From NCBI RefSeq assembly GCF_006345805.1, contig NC_043008.1:13888001-13952000 (forward strand): a stretch of DNA of 64,000 bases, read 5' to 3'. This document shows, in pieces, positions 13,626-23,096 of this stretch (position 1 is the stretch's first letter; every line of letters begins with the position of its first letter). The notes under the pieces are model-generated. The model did no database searches. It saw nothing but the letters and a program-made list of their open reading frames with translations, and was not told the origin of the DNA. The position numbers and the translations under genes are program-made. The DNA comes from Octopus sinensis (Eukaryota).

Positions 13626-14465
13626 TTCTCGCTTATTTGAATGAATGCGAAACAACCCACGTTAAACCACAAAACGGTGAAGTTTGTGGGGTAGGAACCT
13701 GGTGCTTTGGAGATGCATAAAAAATGATGGTTCAAGAAAATTGTGTAAAATTGACGGCTAATTGAATAGTGCCAAATACATCCAGTTGCTGAAGGACAAT
13801 TCGATACCAGACTTGGATGGGGGTGTGGTTTTTCAGCATGACGGTGCACTGAGCCACAGATCGCGTGCAACACAACAGAGTCTGGCTGACGAAGGTGTTA
13901 CCAAATCGGAAGATTGGCCAACTCAGAGCCCTGACTTAAATATCATCGAGCAAATCTTGATAGAACCAAAGAAAAGAGTTTGCCAGAAGAAGCGCGCTAT
14001 CTTGAAGAGTTGTGGGAGCTCAGCCACAGAGAAGGGCATCTCATACCTGTGAAGATGACGAAGGGTTTTTAAGCATCTCTTCCCAGACGCATTGAAGCAA
14101 TTATTAAAACTAAGGGTAGCCACACGAAATATTGACAATGTACAGCAACTTCTTGAAATGAACGATAATTAATAAAGTTTCATTATAGACGGTACTTAGC
14201 TAATACTCTGTTTTAAAGCACTGTACTTTGATTGGTTTATGTGAGACGGCCGAAATCTTTTGCACGGCCATGCTGGTGGTCGTCTCGCATCTTACCCTCT
14301 CATTCAGAATTCCTACTACAAAACATAATGATTTGGTATGGAGGTGACTCCAACAGGGCCAATGTTTCATCTGTAAAAAACCGGATGCGAAACTACTTAT
14401 AAGTTGGCAATTACTAGAAATTTAAAATATTTTTAAGTGGCCGAAGAATTTTGCACGGTATTGTA
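13626..14465 (+). mobile_element. Tc1-family transposon relic (3' half with IR/DR-type right end)
   Basis: LVLWRCI..DG..KLCKIDG*LNSAKY...FQHDGALSH...WPTQSPDLNIIE...GSHTKY* (stop 14133-14135). Direct repeats GGCCGAA.(A/T)..TTTGCACGG at 14248 and 14437; ends ttgTA. Confidence 0.9.
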
Positions 14466-14749
14466 GTAGGTAATATAAGGAAAAAGGTACGGCAGATCTT
14501 TCATGTTTTTTATGGCATCAATACTGTGTTCTGAGGAAGGATGTGTATTTCTGAATGAATAGAAATCCTGATGGTAACCACTAACCACCTTCGGAAAACC
14601 GTCAAGATAAAATCAGAGAACAACATGGTTTGTGCTGATGTAGATATGATATTCAGTTAGAATGCAGGAATTGTATAATGTAAGCACCAGGCGAGGAGAA
14701 ATAGTGAAATTCGTGAATATGTATATAAATATATACAATAACACCATAC

Positions 14750-15400
14750 GCCTTCTCAAACGCTAGTTGCTGACGTCACCACAAACAAAACCAATAAAAG
14801 TTTCTCTCTAGTCAGAAACAGGCTCACAGAAAAAAACAAATAGTAGATTTTTAAGGGAACCAACCAACTGAAACTTTGGATGACCATCTGGCAAAATAGG
14901 TTACCGAGTCCCCTACCAGGATGTCCACCAAGCAGAACACTGATATTTTTACAAGCAAAAATCTTTTGACCAAAAGGGAAAATATTTTTTGTAAAATAAA
15001 TTGAGGACATGGAACCTACAACTGATCAGAATTTGTTCCTTGACCTTGGTCAACCAGGAACGGACGTCACCAGGAAGCCCACCAACCAAGACGTTAGACT
15101 TTGCCAAAGCAAAAACTTATTTGACCTAACCATCCACGAGAAAAACAATAAGACGTCATCAAAATTATAACCACACAAAACATAGGATTCTTTTCTGTAA
15201 AAACATATATATACTGAATTATTTGGACTTATAGCACTTCGAATTCCAACAAACTGTGAAAGTGAAGAGACAACTGAACTGAGAATGAAATTGAAAAAAG
15301 AACTAGACGCATCACAAGAGAAATTGTAAATTTTTTCACTCCACTTTCTATTCTCTTTTCTCTCATTTTTTTAAATAAAATCTCAGTATGACTGAACTTT
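14750..15400 (+). mobile_element. Degraded dispersed repeat, probably a LINE 3' portion
   Basis: The last ~270 bp match the inverted, TSD-flanked copy at 15677-15944, and it ends with AATAAA. No protein motif is recognisable. Confidence 0.45.
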
Positions 15401-15676
15401 CAGTAATGTACATTTATGATCTGCACTTAACATTTATGAGGATATGAATATGATATAAAAATTAAGATGACGAAAATAAGATATAAAAATTATGATATAA
15501 AAGTTGAGGTGATATAAAAAATGCAACACAATTTTTCATGTATAATTGCTTATTGATTTAAAAGAGTGATTTTTCAAATCATCTCCTTTCCCACTAAAAA
15601 TGTGTACACCGGAAACAATGTAAAGTTTCATTTTGGCTTTCTTTTTAAACCGGCCTTACATTGTAACTCAATCATT

Positions 15677-15944
15677 GTAAATCAGTCATACTGAGATTTT
15701 ATTTAAAAAGGGAGAGAAAAGAGAAAAAAAGGTGGAGAGAAAACAAAATTTACAATTTCTCTTGTAATGTGTCTAGCTCTTTTTTATGTTTCATTCTCGG
15801 TTCATTTGTCTCAGTTTGTTGGAATTCAAAGTGCTATAAGTCCATATCATTTACTATATATATGTTTTTACGGAAAAGAATCCCATTTTTGCGTGTTATA
15901 ATTTTGATGACGTCTTATTGTTTTTCTCGTGGACGGTTTGGTTA
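15677..15944 (-). mobile_element. 5'-truncated retroposon copy with 7-bp TSD
   Basis: Flanked by aatcatt (15670-15676 and 15945-15951). It interrupts an older repeat whose uninterrupted homologue lies inverted at ~21535-21715. Confidence 0.7.
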
Positions 15945-16240
15945 AATCATTAGATTCTGTAATTTATTATTATATGTCTCTGTGAGGCTCATTGATATTT
16001 CTGTGAGTATTTGAACACTCGATCGTTTAAACATGCTTCTTCAATTTTTACCTTATCACTTTAAACACTCCTAAAGCTTTTTGTTTATATATTTACCATT
16101 GATAAGCAAAAAGATTGTTGAATTTGACTTGGTAAATCGAATACAAAATTTAAAAAACGACTACACGTTTTAATATTCAAACCCCAAACCAAATTCTGCT
16201 ATACATTTTCCTACATAGGAATCCACTACTTCTTTCCATG

Positions 16241-16302
<62 letters not shown>

Positions 16303-16721
16303 AGTGTGTGATGGTAGGTAGGTATATAGGTAGCTATGTAGGTAGGTATATACATGCGTATGTATGAATCTTAACTACCTTTTTATGTACATAATTAGTG
16401 ACAGACCACACCTTTATTTTGCTGGGCTCAGGTCTAATTTGCAGTCCCATGAAAACGAACCTCCGCCAAGTATTTTGCCTATATATCTGTGCACGCCTGT
16501 CAATTCTATGTATGCCAGAAGGTTCGCAAATTTAACGGAGGTCGCAAAAGACATTTTAAGTTCCACAAAAATCAGAACTTACCTGCAGCTCTTAGTAGTC
16601 CAAAACAGATATGCAGTTCATGTGAGTGTCTTTTCAAAACATTGTTCGGTTTAAAAAGCGAACTCTTTCTCAGGAGTAGACAACGACTATATATATATAT
16701 ATATATATATATACTCTCTCT

Positions 16722-16922
16722 CTCTTTTACTCTTTTACTTGTTTCAGTCATTTGACTGCGGCCATGCTGGAGCACCGCCTTTAGTCGAGCAAATCGACCA
16801 CGAGACTTATTCTTTGTAAGTCCAGTACTTATTCTATCGGTCTCCTTTGCCGAGCCGCTAAGTGACGGGGACGCGAACACACCAGCATCGATTGTCAAGC
16901 AATGCTAGGGGGACAAACACAG

Positions 16923-16955
<33 letters not shown>

Positions 16956-17100
16956 CATATATACGACAGGCTTCTTTCAGTTTCCGTCTACCAAATCCAC
17001 TCACAAGGCATTGGTCCGCCCGGGGCTATAGCAGAAGACACTTGTCCAAGATGCCACGCAGTGGGACTGAAACCGGAACCATGTGGTTGGTTAGCAAGCT
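16722..17100 (-). mobile_element. SINE family B, body and tail (head displaced to 19194-19231)
   Basis: Matches the intact copy at 27960 but stops at ...ggttagcaagct, where foreign sequence begins. Confidence 0.9.
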
Positions 17101-17266
17101 GTGTACTGCCATAAAGGCAGTACACAGATTAAGTTAGCTTTGCGGGCTGGACGAGGACATTAATGAAGTGAATGATAATGAAAGACAGATGATAAGAATG
17201 GGAGAAGACAAAAAGCGCCCGCCGACTTTCGCTTCTCTAAAACATTGTTCTTTTTAAAGATAAACA

Positions 17267-17468
17267 CAAAACGAGGTATTAAACCTCTTACAATTTTTCC
17301 AATTTTTGGACCTAGCGGTCCATTTATTATAAATGCAAAACGAGGTATTAACCTCTTTCAATTTTCCAATTTTTGGACTTAGCGGTCCATTATTAATAAA
17401 AATGCAAAACGAGGTATTAAACCTCTTTCAATTTTCCAATTTTTGGACTTAGCAGTCCATTATTAATA
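17267..17468 (-). repeat. Three ~69-bp tandem repeats, each with two short stem-loops
   Basis: Plus-strand unit caaaacGAGGTattaACCTCtttcaattttccaatttTTGGACttagcgGTCCAttattaataaaaatg. Confidence 0.9.
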
Positions 17469-17483
17469 CTAACATTTCAATAA

Positions 17484-18639
17484 TTACATATCGTCCTCGA
17501 AATAGCTTGTGCCCGCGCCCTCCACCATCATACACGCCTCCCTCAGAATGTAATCAAGTTCCGAGTTCGCGTCGCCCGGGACCAAGCTATAATCTTCATT
17601 GAGCTCCTTTAGCCCAAGCGTCACGTCGAACGCCACGGCCTCCACAGCTATCTGCGGAGGCCATTCGGGGTCCTGTGTGAAGGCTAAAGGAGCTCCCTTG
17701 TGGTACTCTTCCATCATTTTTTTTTCAATTTCTCCTCCTCTATAGAAGAGGACCAATACGTTCAGTTCTTTCGTTGGCGGCACAATTCCCGCCAACGTCT
17801 GCGGCTCATGGATATCAGCTGCCCGACCTTTCTTTCCTTTTCTCCTCCTTCTTTTGGGGGAGACTGCTGACCCAGGGGACTCCGTCACCAGACACGGGGG
17901 ATCGCTATCCCCCTCCGCCACCTGAGCGTTCTTTGGCGAGCAGTCATTGTTGCTCGCCTGTCTCTTTCTTTTCGTGGAGGCAACCTCCTCCACGACTTCC
18001 ACCGTCTCCCCCTCAAATGAGGGGGCGGCGGGCGCCTTTTCACCTTCATGCTCCGGGGCACCACCAGGTGACACTTGGGGGGGCGTTCCTCGAGTATCAC
18101 CGGGTACCTGTGCCCAGCCATTCTCAGGAAGTCCGGGAATTTCATTTCTCCCACGACCACCGGTGTCCACAGGGTCAAAGTTACCTTTGACCCCTCCCAG
18201 GCGACCGCGGGAGCCATTTTCACACTCAGTAGTCTGGGTCCGCTATCCCCCAGGCCTCGCCGGATGGTCTTCTCGATCCATTCCGCCTCCGTGCCCGGGG
18301 GCAGCCCACAAACCCAGGCTCTTTTTACTTTTCTGCCACAATACGAGGGGAGGAACAAAATTTCCTTTCCCTCCAGTGGCTCGCTAGCAAATCTGTTAGC
18401 TTCCTCGGGGGTACCAAACAGCAACCACACCGTTGCAAATTTACTCCCCCGAGAAATAAACTTTATCGTTGTAGGTGGTCCCCCAACTCTTTCTCTATGG
18501 TGCTCCTGTCGAAGAGGGCGATAGCTCCACGCGACCTAGAATAGGTTCGTAGGACCACCGTCCTCTTCTCAAGACTTTCAATCCACTGCTTGGGTGGGAC
18601 AACTTCCCATTCCAAAGCAGTGGTTTCTTTTGTTGCCAT
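17484..18639 (-). pseudogene. L1/Tx1-type ORF1 (gag-like nucleic-acid-binding protein), two frameshifts, ~385 aa
   Basis: ATG at 18639 (MATKETTALEW...). Frameshift near 18470 into TIKFISRGSKFATVWLLF...RAWVCGLPPG...WEG...FPDFLRMAGHRYPVILEERPPKCHL. Second shift near 18063 gives a degenerate C-HL-(C)-GAPE-H knuckle, then NLS PKRRRRKGKKGR and a C-terminal domain ending ...YFEDDM*. Confidence 0.75.
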
Positions 18640-18806
18640 GATTTTGAAAAAAAGTTCAACTAAAAGTTCAAAGTCCAATAAGAAAAAAAACACAATGACA
18701 GAACAGAAAGACAGAACAGAGAAAAGGACGAAGGAAGACAGTTCAAATAATGGCAACACAGTTCTGCAACTGGTAATCCTCACGAAACAGGGTACTCCTA
18801 GTTGCA

Positions 18807-18895
18807 GCACACTTGGTTCTCCGTGGTAAATTCAAGCACAATTGGTTCTCCGTGGTAAATCCAAGCACAATTGGTTCTCCGTGGTAAATCCAAGC
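18807..18895 (-). repeat. Three 29-bp tandem monomers in the element's 5' UTR
   Basis: gcacaattggttctccgtggtaaatccaa x3. Confidence 0.9.
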
Positions 18896-19559
18896 GAACA
18901 AATTAATTTTTGAGGAGGGGCTATGCCTCTTCAAAATACACAATTCTCACTAAAAGGTGAGACAATAAATACGCCAACAGGCAGAACAAATACATCCGAA
19001 GCAAAGTGAAGCTTATTACGCGCAGAAAAGTGTTAACACTAATTAATATTAATGCCAAAAAAGTATTAACGGCAAGCAATAAACCTCACTATGCTTCCAA
19101 AAATATCCAAAATGTCCTACCTGTTGCCGTAAAATGTTCAATAATTCACGTTAACACGTGACATTTGCCGGAGCAAAAAACAGCACGTCTGTCTGGTAAG
19201 AAGCTACTTACCACACAGCCACTCCTGCGCCCAGGAGTGGGTACTGAAATACTTGATGGAAAAAGAATATCTGAAGTAAAATATTTACATAGGGGACAGG
19301 TTTCACTTGTTTTGTTAATCATGGCTGAACAGTTAGCGATAATTTTATAATTCCATGCTTTATTAATTAGTTCTAGTTATTAGATAGTGAAAGGTCAGAT
19401 ATCAGTCATTGTTTTTCTTTCAAACATGCCAGGTAATTACTCGTTCTTTGTTAATTGAATTAACTGTATGATGAATTAAACTGAGTTGATTAATTCGGTA
19501 ACACAATGATCAAAATTCATTTTGTGCACATATTGAGGCTTGGTTGATATTTTTCAAAG

Positions 19560-19880
19560 CATTAAGTCCCTTTAGTTATCCGCTGTTGTTCAGAGATGCA
19601 TTACTCTAAAGAGAATAGCTTGGAGTTTGTTTAGAGTTTGGCCGCATACCTATCTATGTGTATGCTAAGTACCATTTGTCTATGTTTTGGGAAGCAACTT
19701 TGTTCCTGATGCAATGTCGGTGTCCGTCTTCGTGACATTCCCGTTTCTCCTATATAGTTACGACCGCATCCTGAACAAGTTATAACGTAGATTAAGTTAT
19801 CGGATGCACAAGTAAAATCATTATTTTGAAGATTTGTCCTTGCTTTTAAATGGAATTCATATTCCAACTCTTAACAGCAC
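19560..19880 (-). mobile_element. Penelope-like element fragment, GIY-YIG endonuclease
   Basis: DFTCASDNLIYVITCSGCGRNYIGETG...LH...HI matches the PLE GIY-YIG pattern with a CxxC insert; degenerate downstream. Confidence 0.85.
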
Positions 19881-19914
19881 AAATACAAATTTATATAGGC
19901 GTAATTTGGATACT

Positions 19915-20170
19915 AGTGGAGGCTCGTGGTTTAGTGGTTAGGGGGTCAGCATCATGATCGTAAGATTGTGGTTTCGATTCCTGGACCGGTCGACGCGTTG
20001 AGTTCTTGGGCAAAACACTCCATTTCACGTTGCTCCAGTCCACTCTGCTGGCAAAAAGGAGTAAAGCTGCGATGGACTGGTGTCCCTAACAACTGGGGAA
20101 CACATACGCCATAAAAACCGGGAAACTGGGCCCATAAGCCTGGCTAAGCTTTAAAAGGGCGCATTTATTT
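19915..20170 (+). mobile_element. tRNA-derived SINE (head D + tail i)
   Basis: A box tggtttagtgg, B-box-like gtttcgattcc, body cttgggcaaaacactccatttcacgttgctccagtccac, tail gcgatggactgg...aaaccggg. A second tail-only piece lies at 20285-20350. Confidence 0.85.
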
Positions 20171-22700
20171 ATTATAATTTTAGATTATTTATATAACTCT
20201 GTAACAATTCTTTTCACTTCAACTTAAATACTACTTTCAGTACTTCTAATTATAATTCATGAACATCCCTCATTCCAACTCATTCCATACGCTATTAAAA
20301 CCGGGAAACCGGGCCCATGAGCCTGGTTATGCTTTAAAAGGGCGCAATTATTTTTCTTTATTTTATAATTTGGATACTAGTATATATCTATGTATTATTG
20401 ACCCTTACTTATTCTCTCGTCTAGTGCCCTATATTACACAATTCCTGAGGCGCGTTATCTCCTTCAATATTATCATTTATATCTCTGTATCCAACGTCAG
20501 ATAGGTCCCCGGCAATCTAAAATAATATTTCCCATGAGAGAGTTTGAACTCAACACTTTCAGATTTACATATTTGTCGATGCTAAACAAGTTTTGGTATT
20601 TGTGCTGCTGTTGTTTAAAGCTACATTCAGCTATCACATTTTAGCGGAGGCGGTAATTTTATAAGTGTAAAATCCATTATGGCTGTTATTATTTTAAACT
20701 CTTTTCTAGTATAATTTAGCATCACGTTCAAGAAACAAAGCACAAGCGGGGTCTTAGGTATCTCATTAATCCATTTAAGAGACGCATACATATACACGTA
20801 GTTATAATGATTGTGTTCGCTAGTCTTTCTATGTATGGTTAAAACTAATGATTTATAGTTAATAACACATCTATGCTTTTTTTATTCAAAATTTTCAAAT
20901 ATTTTTTAACTACACAATAATTCTCTATTGAAAATATGTAAAATTAATTATATAGCGTAGAGTTAGCTTTTCTAAATATACAATGCTGTTATTCAGCAAA
21001 ATAGTATAAATTTATATACTGTCGTCACTTCTATTATTTTCAATGAATAATAAACTATATATCAATGTTATAAAGAATATTCCCATTTCTTCGTTTTTCT
21101 GCACTATATGTATGTTTTAAAATATATCCTAATGCCCTGCAGAAAGTTCATCGTTAATGCTATAAATTCATTTAAATTTTTTGCTCTAGTTTTGTATTTT
21201 TGGGGGCTTGTTTTTTGTTCTTTTATCGGGTCGAACGATTTCTTTCCACTTTCTTTCTCCTGGCGGTAAGATTTATATCAGTGTAAGAAAAAAATTGTCT
21301 TGTTAAAAAAGATGATAAATTCTAATAAATTGTGTTCCTCTGTGCTCCAATTTGGTTAATACAATTAGACACTGAACAATCTTAGCAAAAACAAGCAAAG
21401 AAAATATTAAGACTCATAGAAAGCACTGTATGGAAAAGGTTGCGAAAAATAACGGGAGATGGATATTATGCATTTCTTTTATTTTATGTTTTTAATAACA
21501 TTTTTGGCTCCTAGGCACATTTATACTGAAATAAATCACAGAATCTAATGATTCAATTACAATGAAAGAACGGTTTAGAAAAAGAAAATCAAAATGAAAT
21601 TTTACATTGTTTTGGGTGTACGCATGTGTAGAAAGGAGATGATTTGAAAAATCAAACTTTTAAATCAATAAGCAATTATACAAGAACAATTGTGTTGCAT
21701 TTTTATAGATTCTTTTGTTATTTAATTTCTGATATCTTCTCACCCAGAAAAAAGAAAAAAAAAGTATGGCCATACTTCCTGAAACTTAGATCAAAGGGTT
21801 AGCATAACATTACATTATTTTGGAAAATTTCAATATAAATCTTTAAATTCGGAGTTAAAAGGAAACTAAACTGAACGATAATACAAAAGTCAACTTTGAT
21901 TCCCTCAATACATTTTTTGTTTGTCCGTTTGTTTGTTTATACATTTCGATTTTCATTTTCTGCTGGTATTTTTTTTCTTAATATCATCATAGACTTCCCG
22001 ATCGATATCGACGAAAGCTGTTCATACGTATAGTCTAGAGCCATACTATCAGAAGTGGATCACTCTCTTTTATCGAATTTGCCCTCAGATAATCTGATCT
22101 AGCAGTAGATATCAATGCTCAATTCCCTCAAGCCTTAGATCTTACTTTCTCAGCCAGGGTTTATTTTAAATTCTCCTACAGTTCACAAACTGCAAGTATT
22201 TGTCTCTGAAATAAAGTTTTCTCCTTTTTTCTCTCTTTTTGATATGCTGAAATCAGTACATCTTTTGCAGCGGCAGTAACTCTTCTATGACAGAAACTTT
22301 GGCTATTATTGTATGTTGAAGGTGCTCCTAACCCTCTGTTTCTAAGTTATTCCATTGATCAGTCTTGGTCGTCTGATTCTGAATCTATGTATTTATTTTA
22401 CCTCTTATATCCATTCCTCAATCCAAATACGTTTCGCTTAAAATTAAACCTGATTTCTGTTCCACATCGTCCCTTTCAACCTTTTATGCCCTGCTTTTTC
22501 CAGAAATTTAGTTTATCACGGAGTTTAATGTTCTTATAGGTTCTTTTATCGAGATATAATGCAAATAAACAAATAAAACTGATTGGGTTCGATACACAAA
22601 ATATATATACATATACGCGTAAAAATAGACAGAGCAAAGACTGAAAAATTTTAGATGATGAATATTCAAGTATATAAATATAGATACTTATATATGAGCC

Positions 22701-22789
22701 AAGGCTGTGTGAAATTTCTAGGACATTTATAAAGAGAAAGGTAAACTACCTTTCTCTTTATAAATATCCTAGAAATTTCACACTGCCTT
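22701..22789. other. Near-perfect palindrome (37-bp core stem, 3-nt loop)
   Basis: gtgtgaaatttctaggacatttataaagagaaaggta-aac-tacctttctctttataaatatcctagaaatttcacac; one mismatch, plus 5 further bp outside. Confidence 0.9.
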
Positions 22790-22819
22790 CGATTCCTCTC
22801 ATTTTATTTAACATATATA

Positions 22820-22950
22820 TATATCACGTGATCATGTGACGGACCAGGCCATCAGATGTTGCTACACATCGCTGGTCACAATGCGCTTCGCATTGTTTTA
22901 GCCTTCAAAAGACGCCACCCCGCTAGCTAACGAGCTGGCCAACAGAAGAA
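22820..22950 (-). mobile_element. SINE tail ii fragment
   Basis: Matches 13185-13330. Confidence 0.8.
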
Positions 22951-23065
22951 AGAATTTATATATATAAGAATTTATTTATATATATTATATATATATATAA
23001 TTATAATAGATATATATATATATACATATATATATTATATATTATATATATATATATATATACAT

Positions 23066-23096
<31 letters not shown>

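Larger units (their letters stand above)
17101..19193 (-). mobile_element. ORF1-only non-LTR-like retroelement inserted into a SINE head
   Basis: The SINE B sequence resumes at 19194-19231. Imperfect TSD tggttagcaagct (17088-17100) / tggtaag-aagct (19194-19205). Contains 5' monomers, ORF1, 3' repeats and a terminal hairpin; no APE or RT sequence. Confidence 0.75.

Noticed and set aside
16500-16680. hAT dimerisation-like words (RRFANLTEVAKDILS; CSSCECLFKTL)
   Set aside because: The two words are in different frames with wrong spacing; suggestive only.
17140-17200. Hammerhead-like CTGGACGAGGAC...GAAA on the plus strand
   Set aside because: Extra G in the core and no GTCC partner for stem II.
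17267-17468. CRISPR-like array
   Set aside because: Units are contiguous with no unique spacers, there are no cas genes, and the context is eukaryotic.
17774-18524. Plus-strand ORFs of 138-149 aa
   Set aside because: Antisense shadows of the GC-rich ORF1; no motifs.
22000-22560. Purine-rich minus-strand frame resembling a decayed ORF
   Set aside because: Stop density is about random for this base composition and no motif is recognisable.
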